A DNA stretch of 64,000 nucleotides, from the IMG/VR virus record IMGVR_UViG_3300029305_002311. One strand, 5' to 3'. Positions within the stretch are counted from its first letter, which is position 1. Every line of letters begins with the position of its first letter. Made by a program: the position numbers and the translations under genes. A model generated the notes under the pieces. The model had not been told where the DNA came from. It searched no databases and worked only from the letters and a program-made list of their open reading frames with translations. Shown here one piece after another: positions 45,617 through 56,200 of this stretch. Source of the stretch: a virus.

Positions 45617-47374
45617 TTATTTATCACTGCCCCAGAAATAAGTTTTATTTGGGTCAATCACACTACTATATGTCACATAATTGTAACCACCATTATTACC
45701 TGAAGTATAGTAAGCTAAGTGATAATTGCTATTAGCTGTAGATTCTACTTGAGAATTATTTATCTTAAATGTATTATCTGTGTTATAGCTACTATTTGTA
45801 AATTCTTCCCAAGTCATTCCGTTATCAAAGTTAAAAGATATATTATCATATGTAGAAGAGTCTGTCATAACATAAAACTTCATAACTTTAGAATTATATC
45901 TATTAAATCCTACTACTTTAGTAATAAGTGTTGCAGCATCATCAAAAGCTGAACCACCATAAACTAATTTTGAGTACATTGGATGTAATATGTTGTCTTG
46001 AATATGTACTTCTTTAATATAAGTGTAGACCATGTCATTAACGAATCTCATATGATTTAAAATAAAGTATGTAGAATTAGTTCTTACTCTAACACTAAAA
46101 GACCTATTTCCTCTATTTCCAAATACTTCAATATATTCAAAGTTCATAGCTGATTCTGATAAAGTAATGTCTTCTATGCTTCCTATGTAGTTATCATATA
46201 AAACTACCCCAGCTGTTTTTTCTAATAAGTGTGTCATATCTAAGTCTTCTTCATCTATCTCTTCTTCATCTATCCAAAGTACTTCTTCTCCAGTCGGTTC
46301 ATTAGGTCCTATAGCTATTTCAGGAGCTCCAGTACCTTGAATTTCACTGTTAGGTAAGTTATCAATTAGTTCCTTTAATTTCTTACCTTGTGCTGCAGAT
46401 AAAGCATCTGTTGTGCTATCACTAGTTAATGAATCCTCTACTTTAGCTACAGTTGCTGCAGTTTCTTTAGCTTTAATAATGAAGTTTTGAACTATGTGAG
46501 GATTCATTATATCAAATTCTGTACCGCTACCAGTTGCAGCAACAGTTCCAGTTGCAGTAGTTGAACTAGTATTTCCTGAGTTAGCTCCTGTATTAAATGC
46601 TGAGCTGTTAGCGGTGCTTCCAGAAGCTTTACCTGAAGTACTTGCTGTAGTAGTGACTGAGTGAGTATGTGCTCCAGCTGACCCTACTCCATTAGTAGCA
46701 GTATCTCCAGATTTAGACCATTCTCTTAAATAGTTATTTCCACCAGTATTTGCTGCATTTGCTAAAGACCTAACACTATGACTATGTGAACCAGCTGAAG
46801 CAGCAGTACCAGATAAAGCTGGAATAGAGTGGGTGTGTGAGTTTAAACCGTGACTATGGGCTCCAACACTATGAGTATGTCCATTCAATGTATGAGTATG
46901 AGCTGTTCCAGTAAATGTATGGCTATGTGATGGAATATTAGCTAGTACTAAAGTTCTCTTCTTAGCTCCTCCAGTTTTTCCTAAAGTATTGAAATCTGTG
47001 TCAGAGTCATTCTTACCAATAGCTATATTACCTCTTCTGTCTGGCACATTAAAAGTTGTGCTTCCATCACCAGCTCCATAAGTTGTTCCTATAACTGCAA
47101 ATAGTTCTGAATAATCTGTTCTAGAGACTGCTTGTCCATTACAAAGTAGCCAGTTAGTAGGAATGGTATTACTAGGCCACTCTAAAATAGCACCTATAGG
47201 ATTTGTCTCTAAAACAGACGCTCCACCGCTAGGAGTGTAATTTTCTAACAGTTCTTCGACTGCTCTTATAGATGGAGCATTAGTCGTTTTATCTACATTA
47301 GCAGTAAAACTATCTACTACTGAGCCATCAGCTGGTTTTATTTGACTTACTGCTACTTTCTTAATGTATTTCAT
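45617..47374 (-). CDS. tail fibre protein with tail-collar domain and an HxH repeat array
   Basis: 585 aa. PIGAILEWPSNTIPTNWLLCNGQAVSRTDYSELFAVIGTTYGAGDGSTTFNVPDRRG (collar), then HSHTFTGTAHTHTLNGHTHSVGAHSHGLNSHTHS...GSHSHSV...GAHTHSV (at least 8 HxH). Confidence 0.75.
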   Translation of the reverse strand: MKYIKKVAVSQIKPADGSVVDSFTANVDKTTNAPSIRAVEELLENYTPSGGASVLETNPIGAILEWPSNTIPTNWLLCNGQAVSRTDYSELFAVIGTTYGAGDGSTTFNVPDRRGNIAIGKNDSDTDFNTLGKTGGAKKRTLVLANIPSHSHTFTGTAHTHTLNGHTHSVGAHSHGLNSHTHSIPALSGTAASAGSHSHSVRSLANAANTGGNNYLREWSKSGDTATNGVGSAGAHTHSVTTTASTSGKASGSTANSSAFNTGANSGNTSSTTATGTVAATGSGTEFDIMNPHIVQNFIIKAKETAATVAKVEDSLTSDSTTDALSAAQGKKLKELIDNLPNSEIQGTGAPEIAIGPNEPTGEEVLWIDEEEIDEEDLDMTHLLEKTAGVVLYDNYIGSIEDITLSESAMNFEYIEVFGNRGNRSFSVRVRTNSTYFILNHMRFVNDMVYTYIKEVHIQDNILHPMYSKLVYGGSAFDDAATLITKVVGFNRYNSKVMKFYVMTDSSTYDNISFNFDNGMTWEEFTNSSYNTDNTFKINNSQVESTANSNYHLAYYTSGNNGGYNYVTYSSVIDPNKTYFWGSDK

Positions 47375-47387
47375 TAATTACCTCCTT

Positions 47388-48197
47388 TTAAATATCTATT
47401 CTCATTAGCACTACTCTATAAGTTATAGTAGTAGATGCTATAGTAGTTGCAGCTTTGTTTATCATTATTCTTATAACATCTGGCTTAAGTATAGTCGCTA
47501 AGTCTCCATTTCCAAGTATTATAGATAGTGAGTCTTGTGAGTATAGTGTAGTTGACCAATAATCAGACCTTGTCGCACTATGACTCATTGTACTTATAGC
47601 TGCACAGTTGTCTTTAGTATAACCTTCTGGATAGCTTATCTCTATATAAGCGGTAACTGTTTCATCATTTGCAGCTGGTGTAGTAAATGTACCAGTTAAA
47701 ACTGCAAACATGTTTGATTTAACTATCTTATGCCAATAGCCAAGCTCTTCTGATATATGTCTTTCATAAGTAGTTTGAGATTCTTCTATATAGTACTTTT
47801 GTATACAATGGTCTACTATCTGCCCACTTCTAATTACTTCTAACACTCCAGTACTATTTTCTGGAAGATTAGAAGGTAAATCATCATAGTAACATAAATA
47901 TCTTCCTTCATCAAATACTCTGTTTACATTATCTGCTGAAGTTAACACTTTAGGCTCTGATTCAGTAGTGTCTTCTGTAGGAGTATCTTCTTCTAATTCT
48001 ATTATCTCAAATCCGTCTGGTATATCTTCTCCTTCAAATCCTATAACACTGCCAACTGGAACTGTAGAACCATCTAAAACTTTGTTATCTACGTAATCTT
48101 TATTTGTTATATCTTCAGCTTCAGATGGAGTATCTACTTTAGCATTTTTTATTTTATTATTCTTTAAATCTATATCTGAACCAAAAGGTATTGCCAT
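47388..48197 (-). CDS. short fibre/baseplate-attached protein
   Basis: 269 aa. The N-terminus MAIPFGSDIDLKNNKIKNA is paralogous to the N-terminus of 48211..49497. Confidence 0.5.
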   Translation of the reverse strand: MAIPFGSDIDLKNNKIKNAKVDTPSEAEDITNKDYVDNKVLDGSTVPVGSVIGFEGEDIPDGFEIIELEEDTPTEDTTESEPKVLTSADNVNRVFDEGRYLCYYDDLPSNLPENSTGVLEVIRSGQIVDHCIQKYYIEESQTTYERHISEELGYWHKIVKSNMFAVLTGTFTTPAANDETVTAYIEISYPEGYTKDNCAAISTMSHSATRSDYWSTTLYSQDSLSIILGNGDLATILKPDVIRIMINKAATTIASTTITYRVVLMRIDI

Positions 48198-48210
48198 GAA
48201 TTAAACCCTC

Positions 48211-49497
48211 CTAACTAGCTGGATGATAAGCTTTAGCCATTACTGTTACATATAAAGTACTTAAAGATGAAGTAGTAAATTCTCCTACAGCTATATTGAT
48301 TGTGTTGTTATCTTTAACAGTTACATCTGTGTATATTTGCTGATTTAGTTCTGCACTAAATACACTTACAACAACATAGTCCGTTCCTAAGTTATGTACT
48401 ACATCTATGTTTGAGTTATTTGATAAATTAATAGTCTTTTCAAATGCAGCCGCAAATTTACTATTTATAGTATACAATAAGCTATATAACCCAGATAAAG
48501 CTTCTTGAATAGCCATAGTTTGCCCTGATAAAGTAACATTAATATCATCAGCTGTTAAAGTGATTATTCCAGTTTTTCCGTTTACACTAGTTACTGATAC
48601 TGGGAATTGTAATTCTACCCAGTTAGCTAATGTAGAAGCTGGCTCAGCACTTAATATATAAGTTTTATTCTCATCTGTTCTTATAGCAACGTCTCCTACT
48701 TGAGCTGTTAAAGCTAGCATAGCTGATTGAGAAGCTACTGTGTTTACTTCAGTTATAGCTAAAGCCGGTAATACAGAAGTATTTAATTTTCCATTTTCAT
48801 CTAAGATAGGAATTTCTCCAGCAGCAGTTCCTACGTCTTTATCGTACGCGGTTCCTGCAAGTTGTGTATGTTGATTAAGTCTATTCAATAAAGTGTTAAT
48901 TAAATCATGTAAAATATAACCCTGATTAGCTGATAAGGCTGCAGTAGCGCTCTGGCTAGTGCAATTATCTATTACTTCTGGAATTGCATTATTTACTTGT
49001 TGTAATTCTTCTTTAGAAGCAAAATAGCTTAAGTCTTTCCCTCCTAATTTTTCTGCATTATCTACTATTCCGTCTCCATCAGTATCATACACTGATTTTA
49101 GCATGTCTCCTGCCCCTAAGTCTTCCATATTAGTGTTTATAGCTCTTATTTTTTCATCTAATATCTTACCTTGATTAGCTGATAAAGCTTTAGTTGCATC
49201 TGCTGAAGTTAGATTGTCTACTATCTCTACTTCTTCTACAGATACAGTTCCGTCAGCTGCCATATTTAGTCCAGCTCCTATTTTAATACCTCCAAGAACT
49301 GTTGCACTAGCTATTGGTAATAAGTAAGTGCTATCTACCCAAGTTGTTCCATTATAGTAATATAGTTTCTTGTCTGATGTGTTATAGTAAAACTGTCCTT
49401 CTTTCGGATTTGATGGTGCAGTAGCTAAATTTTGAAATACTGCATTTAATAGTTGATTCTTTAATAAGTCAATTGAATTTGCAAATGGTACTGCCAT
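48211..49497 (-). CDS. tail fibre protein
   Basis: 428 aa. MAVPFANSIDLLKNQLLNAVFQNLATAPSNPKEGQFYYNT. Repeated TS....ALSANQG..L motifs typical of fibre shafts. Confidence 0.6.
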   Translation of the reverse strand: MAVPFANSIDLLKNQLLNAVFQNLATAPSNPKEGQFYYNTSDKKLYYYNGTTWVDSTYLLPIASATVLGGIKIGAGLNMAADGTVSVEEVEIVDNLTSADATKALSANQGKILDEKIRAINTNMEDLGAGDMLKSVYDTDGDGIVDNAEKLGGKDLSYFASKEELQQVNNAIPEVIDNCTSQSATAALSANQGYILHDLINTLLNRLNQHTQLAGTAYDKDVGTAAGEIPILDENGKLNTSVLPALAITEVNTVASQSAMLALTAQVGDVAIRTDENKTYILSAEPASTLANWVELQFPVSVTSVNGKTGIITLTADDINVTLSGQTMAIQEALSGLYSLLYTINSKFAAAFEKTINLSNNSNIDVVHNLGTDYVVVSVFSAELNQQIYTDVTVKDNNTINIAVGEFTTSSLSTLYVTVMAKAYHPAS

Positions 49498-49510
49498 TTC
49501 TTTTACCTCC

Positions 49511-50452
49511 TTAATTTAATGTAGCCTTCCCTGAGAAAGCTGCTGAAAATTTAATAGTAATTTTATTAATTGAATTGTAAATGACTTCTCCTTGGACCTC
49601 AGTGCCTGCAGAGTCTATTACTGATACTGCTGGGTGCTTATTTAGATTGTGAGTTATTTCCCAAGTGTCTGAAGGAGAAGATTGTATATGTAAATAAGTT
49701 TTGTCTCCTGTTCCCTCTAAAGTCACATAATCTGATAAGTTTGAGTTCTTAGCTTGAACATTTAAGTTATCACACCCAAGTAAAAGTTCTCCATTAGTTT
49801 TAACTTCTATTGAAGCAGTGTTTGGTGGATTTGTTGAGTCTTCTCTTCTCGGTAATGCGTAATCTGAAGAGTTCTTCATTATGATTTGTTGTCCAGCTGC
49901 ATCTATTATCTTAAGAGTTTCTTCACCGTCTTTATCATTTATTAAAATAGTAGCTCCCTTAAAAGATTTATATAATACTTGGTAAGCTTCTCCATCTATA
50001 TCAGTAATTCTATCATCAGAATTTATAATAAATGACTTTCCATCAAATGTCTCTTCATTATCATTGTAAGACTTAGAAAAATTACCTATTTTTGTAGGTA
50101 TTCCTCCAAAGTACAATGGCTTATCTGAATCATTAAACTCAAAAGTAACGAATACTCTTGTTCCTTTAGTTGGGACTATAAATTGACCAACATCATTTCC
50201 AGCTCCTGCCATTATAGCTGGCCTAGCCCAAGGAAGAGCTGAATTTTCTAAATAGAATGAATTATTTCTATTACCTCCATGAAGAGATGGTATTCTTATT
50301 TTCACTCTACCAAGTTTTAATGGGTCATTTGTATCTTCAACTATAGCCATATAAAAAGCATTACAATTAAAATCTTTATTTAAACTCTTCTTAAATTCTT
50401 CTCTATTAGTTAAGTCTGAGGATTTAATTCTATTTATTTTTGTATCAAACAA
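49511..50452 (-). CDS. baseplate central spike, gp5/gpV (VgrG-like OB-fold) family
   Basis: 313 aa. FYMAIVEDTNDPLKLGRVKIRIPSLHG...LPWARPA...VGQFIVPTKGTRVFVTFEFNDSDKPLYFGGIP is the gp5 N-terminal OB / baseplate V signature. Confidence 0.7.
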   Translation of the reverse strand: MFDTKINRIKSSDLTNREEFKKSLNKDFNCNAFYMAIVEDTNDPLKLGRVKIRIPSLHGGNRNNSFYLENSALPWARPAIMAGAGNDVGQFIVPTKGTRVFVTFEFNDSDKPLYFGGIPTKIGNFSKSYNDNEETFDGKSFIINSDDRITDIDGEAYQVLYKSFKGATILINDKDGEETLKIIDAAGQQIIMKNSSDYALPRREDSTNPPNTASIEVKTNGELLLGCDNLNVQAKNSNLSDYVTLEGTGDKTYLHIQSSPSDTWEITHNLNKHPAVSVIDSAGTEVQGEVIYNSINKITIKFSAAFSGKATLN

Positions 50453-50458
50453 TTATTG

Positions 50459-52748
50459 TCACCTCTCCTTCACACCAAGTCTCTCAGCTAACATTGAGGC
50501 TGGTCTTTGTCTTAAATACCCTTGGTCATTGTACCAATCTGATTTATACCATACATAATCATCGTAAGATACTGGAGTATAAGTAGTTATCTCAGAACCA
50601 TTAGAGTATTTTGTTATTGTATGTAGCTTAATGTCTGTCTCTTTACCATCATTATATGAATAACTTACTTTGTAAGAAACATCTACTACAGTAGTTTCAA
50701 GATTTCCAATGTTCTTAATTAGCTTACAAGTTTGAGTATAACCATCTGCAGAAATATTATCTTCCATACTAGTGATATAATAGCAACCTGATGAATAATG
50801 TCTAGCTCCATTTCCCATAATTACTATATTTACAAAACCACCAGGGTATAGATTAGCTCCTGATTCTCCGCCATACAGTCATTTCTGCAGTAGTAGTTAA
50901 ATTTTGCAGTTCATTCCATGTGCTGTATATCTTCTTTTCAAAAGAAGATGCACTATCTGAACTAGTTATTTGATTAGGACTTATCTGGTATTCCCACCAA
51001 TTTTGATACAATTTAGATTTTTCTTTATCTTCTTCTGATGTGTCTGCTCCTAGTACATTTTCTCCACCTATAGTAAAAATATCGCCACTTATATCATCTA
51101 AGGTAGCTTCATCTACATTAGGTCTTCCTGTAACCTCATCATATAAATTACCAGTCATTGCAAGAGCACCTACATTTCCTGTAGAAAATGATATTATAAT
51201 TGAATCATCTGTGCCATAAGTTAGAGTAGGAGCAGTAGCTGCATTTGCATTATAATCTATATGTTCAAAGTTATGTCCTCTATTATCTACATAATATTTA
51301 AATCCAGAAGATTGTATTAAATAATTCTTACCATATAATGCATTACCAGCAGTGCCAGACTCTACAGTCATTGCATATTTACAAAGTACATTAGTTATAT
51401 ATTCTGCAGCAGTTTCATTCTCTTGTATAACTCTCATTCCAGCAACCCATTGAGTGTCTTCCACATTACCAGTACTAAAGTATGGAGTGTATTTTTCTAT
51501 TGGAGACCCTCCAGTTTTACCAGCATATACTTTCATTATTCTTTTAAATATTCTAGCTGGATTATAATATACTGTTGGAGTTTCTGTAGCATCTCCAGGA
51601 GTTATTTCTGTCTCTTGAGATTTTGTACTTCTTTTAAGACTATAAGTATTTAAATCTTCTCCTAAATCTTTTACTCTATAGAATCTCTTTACATGTTCTA
51701 CGTATTTATCATCACCAAAGCTTGCAGAAAATCCCATCTTTAGTTTATAATCTAAACACCATCTTTGAATAAATGGTTCATTTTTATGATGCAATGTTGC
51801 CCATCTAGCAAAGTTAACTCCAAAATTATAAGCTTGTAATGCTACTTCTACTTTGTTATTAGCAGCATCTAAGCATTCTTTAAAGTATTTAGGCCCCTGT
51901 GCAATACTTTCATCTAATGTAATTGAGTTTGGCTTTTTACCAAGTGACTCACTACATTGAAACATATCAGGTAAATCACTTGGATTTTTTCCTCCAGACT
52001 CTTGTCTTAGAATAGCCATTACTACTGGAAGAAAAGCAGATATACCAAGTTCTTGACATCTAGTAGTTACTCTACTTCTCAGTGATTCTACATTTGAACT
52101 ATTAATAAGGTCTTGTCCAGATTTTGATTTATTAGAAAATAATGACCCAGTAGTATTTTTGCTTGATATATTGGCTTTAGCTAAAGCCTCTGACCCATCA
52201 TCAGGATTTGTATACTCTATATCAGACCCAGGTATACCACTTTTAAATTCTAGCACAGCACACACATTTTCATTATTTATATAATCTGTGTAAAGTTCAT
52301 CAGTTTTTCCTTCAATGCTTCCTTTTCCGTCTACTACCCATTGTCCATCTATAAATTTAGCTTCTCCTACCCACTCTATATTAGCTCTTTCAAACCAATA
52401 TTTTGAAGATTCAGTTGTTCCACTACTGAAAACACCAGTGATTGATATAAGAGTTCCCTTACCAACAAAAGAAATCTGATAGTTCATACAAGTTCCTGAA
52501 AAAGTAACTTTCTTTGTGATATCTTTAGCAGAACAATATTGAACTGAAATAGGAGCTAACTCTTTCTTTTTTTGAAGTAAGTTTTCTAAAGCATAAGCAG
52601 TTTCATCAAAAGCTTCTAAAGTGAATGAATTAGCTGTGTCTCCGATATGCCTTTTTATTTTTAGATTTATAAAATTTTCTTTGCTAATAGTAATTGAGCT
52701 TCCATTTATAGTGACTAATACTTGAATTGCTCCTTGTAGTACTCCCAT
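50459..52748 (-). CDS. baseplate hub-type protein (gpD/XkdQ-like N-terminus) with embedded CwlT-like lysozyme motif; two ORFs joined by a +1 shift at CGG 50870-50868
   Basis: The 631-aa ORF contains VVMAILRQESGGKNPSDLPDMFQCSESLG (lytic muramidase/transglycosylase E-S pattern, ~51.99-52.02 kb). It ends ...TVW-CGG-AGA AUC AGG AGC UAA. The +1 frame (GGA GAA UCA...) is open for 17 codons and runs straight into the SD-less 119-aa ORF 50459..50818. Confidence 0.5.
50868..50870 (-). other. candidate +1 recoding site (UGG CGG A)
   Basis: In-frame CGG five codons before the zero-frame stop. The +1 frame adds 136 residues (stop at 50459-50461). Confidence 0.45.
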
Positions 52749-52759
52749 TCAATCACCTC

Positions 52760-53272
52760 CTATGTTCCCTCTTCTTCTATATAAGTTGCTCCGTAGACTG
52801 CATCTCTAGTTCTTGTTATAGATAAGTCTATAGAACAAGAAGTTATTTCTCCCATCTTAACTAAAGTTCCCCATGACACTCCAACTGAGTTAGTAATACC
52901 ATGAATAGTATAATTTCCAAGTTGAAGAGTTATCTCTGGAGCACTTACTACTCCTGCAGTATAAACTGGGTAAGCCAATGCTTGAAGTGCTCTTACATAT
53001 TCTCTTAAAGAAGAAAATCCACTAGGTATATAATCTTCAGTTAAATTTTTAAGAGAAAGTGTAATTGTTGGAGCTGTAGTACTTGAATATAGTATTCTTG
53101 GTGCTGAAGCTCCAACTATCTCTTGTGTAGAATAGTTAGCAGTTACTGACTCACTAATTCCTTCTGGCATTACAGGAAACGGAATCCTTGTACCAGTTAT
53201 CTCATTAGTTATTCCACTTACAAATCTATCTAAATCATATCTTTTTATTCTTGTAAATTTTTCTTTTTTCAT
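52760..53272 (-). CDS. hypothetical tail/baseplate protein following the tape measure
   Basis: 170-aa beta-rich ORF at the position usually taken by a tube-initiator or hub-proximal protein. The call is positional only. Confidence 0.35.
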   Translation of the reverse strand: MKKEKFTRIKRYDLDRFVSGITNEITGTRIPFPVMPEGISESVTANYSTQEIVGASAPRILYSSTTAPTITLSLKNLTEDYIPSGFSSLREYVRALQALAYPVYTAGVVSAPEITLQLGNYTIHGITNSVGVSWGTLVKMGEITSCSIDLSITRTRDAVYGATYIEEEGT

Positions 53273-53289
53273 ATTAATCCTCCATTAGA

Positions 53290-56200
53290 TTAAAAGTCTG
53301 GGCCAGAAGTTCTAGATTTAGAAAAAGCATCTAGTAACATTTGTTGTTCATCTTGTTTTTTAGATATACTTTCTAAATAAGAGATAAGTTTATTAAACCC
53401 ACCATCTACAGATGATACTATTCTTGTAGCACCAGTATCACTACCACCTACATTTTTCTCAGAGTTTCTAGCTATATTAGCTCCAGGAATAAATCTTCTA
53501 GTAGATGGACTAGCAGCTGCATTCACTAATCCAGAAGAGCTAGAAGCTGAAGAAGTAGCATCTCCAAGTCCTAAGCTTCCTGAACCGCCAAACATATCAA
53601 GAGTAACGTAAGGCCAAGGGTTAATATCATCTGATTCATTATTAGTTTTATTTACTTGGAAGTGTAAGTGAGAACCAGTAGAGTTTCCTGTATTTCCAAC
53701 ATACCCTATTAAGTCTCCTCTATTTACTGTAGCTCCATTCTTTATATTTGCAAATCTAGATAAATGTCCATATCTATTATAGAATCCAGTAGCTTTATCA
53801 TGTATTCTAATTGTATTACCATAACCGCCTTCTGAGCTAGAGAAGTAAATAGTTCCTCCGTGAGCTGCTCTAATAGGAGTTCCAGTGGCTGCTGCAAAAT
53901 CTAATCCTCTATGTCTATCTATTAATCCATCATTATTAACATCTCTATTAGTGTAAGTACCGTAAGCAGAAGTCAAAGACCACCCAGACGGTAATCCCAT
54001 TTCTTTGCCTGCATACCCTACGTCTGTTCTACTTGATACAGTTTTACCAAGAATTATTTTTTGTTGTTTGTTATATAATGAATCTGATTGACCTCCTACA
54101 TTTTTTTCTAATCCTCTATAGGCATTAGCTTCTTTAGCATTTAAAACCATTTCTCCTTTATGTAATAGAGCTCTAAATCCATCTCTTGGAACATACGATA
54201 AACCATTCATTAAATATCTATCAAACCATGCTGTATCTTTTAAAACTGTATCTTTTTCTAGTTGATAGCCACCAGAAGTCTTCGGTGCATATTTCCATAA
54301 GTCATCATTTGATTTTAATTGTTCTATAATAAAACTAGGGGTCCATCCTTCATTCTTAACTACCTCTTTAAGTTCTTCTTCAGTAAACCCAAATTGACTT
54401 AGCATTCCAGCTTTATCAGCTAAAATATAATACAACAATTCTGTTAAGTATTGACCTTGATTTCCTACAAAATATGCATTCTGTCTTTCATTATTTCTAA
54501 TTATATTTAAATAGTTTCTATTATCATGTTCAGCTCCACCAATTCTACCTGCGGTAGTATTCCATAGCTCTGCAAAACCAGTTCCTACAGTCTTCCAAGC
54601 TTGACCGAAGGTTCCAGTACCGTATTTACTATTTACAGCATCTGTACCTTTTAGTTCTTTATACAAATTATTAGTTTGAGCTAATTCATCTTGAGGATTG
54701 TTCATAGCATATTTGTCGCCCTCTTTGCTAACAGCTTTTTTATCAAAATAATCACTTAGTTTACCAATTCCTGCTGTAATAGCAATAGGAGCGGCTACTG
54801 CAGCTGCATATGTAAGACCAGTAGCTAAAGCACCTCCAGAAGCAAGTAATCCTGTAGAAGAAGCTCCACCACCTAACATCTTAGATAATCCAGCGGCTAA
54901 ACCGCCACCGTTTTTCCAACCGCTAATGAAGTTGCCCAATCCTTTAAATAAAGATACAGCTCCAGAAGCTAGATACATTGCAAAAGCAGCATTAGCTAGA
55001 TTCATTGTTCCTTTATAACCTAATATTTGCTCACTCATTAATGATGCGCTATTAGATATTTTTTCCAACATAGTTAATTCTGTAGTGTCTTTTACATACT
55101 CTTCTACATCTTTTGAAGTAGTTTTTAATATACCTGCAATAGCTTGACTTTCTTTTTCAGAATACTGTCCTCCATCAAATCTCTTCATTGCAGAAATTAC
55201 ATCATCTCCAACTACATCAGCAATTCCATTCAATTGTTTTTGCATTAATGCATTTCCTAATGGATTGCTTGATGTCTGGTTAAATAAAGAAGACTTAGAG
55301 AAAGAATCTAACCAAGCATAAATTGCATCTCTTTGACCAGCTTCTGAAGTATTTGTAGTTAAAGTGTTATATAGTCTGCTATAATCAGACCCAAATATAC
55401 TAATCCATCCTTCTGAGCCAGGGTTTGTAATAAAATCATTAAATGCATTTGAAATTGCTTTTGCAGTAGTATCTCCATACATATTAGTAAGCACTGTTCC
55501 CATAGTAGTCATAGCAGCATTTTGAGCTGATATAGCTTTATCACTCATTCCTATAGCATATTTGCTATCAGTACTTCCATAAGCTATGTCAGATAATGCA
55601 GTTAATTGTTCTTGAGATACTCCTAATTCAGACTTTAATAATCCAACTATAGTTCTATTGTGTTTATCTAGCATAGTGTAGTCATTAGTCTGTTTCATAT
55701 ATTTAAATATTGCTTGTTGAGTTTCATCAGATACTCCTAAATATTTATTACCAATAATAGATGCTCTCATCTGTTGCTCTGCAACTTTCTGAGAAGTAAT
55801 ATTATATTTATCTATTTTTTCAAAATAAGCATACATATCATCTGCACTAAATAAATCACCCATCTGTGCATTCATATTTTGTAACTCACTTACTAATGAT
55901 TGACTAAATCTACTATATTGTGAGTCTGAAGTCATTCCAAACTGTTTCATTAATTGATTTCTAGCTGATAATCTACTTTTAGCAGCTTGTTCAGGATTAG
56001 CTATACTTTGAAGATTAAGCATATTAGATAAATCTTTTGTAAAGTTAGCTGCATTCTTAAGAGTTGTAGATAAAGACTTACCTAAATCAGCAGATGTCTT
56101 ATTTAATGTATTTGCAGTGTCTTTCATGTCTTTATTAGTATCATCTGCTATTTCTTTAACTTTATTCATGTAACGCATAGCTTCTTTTAAGCTACCTAAG

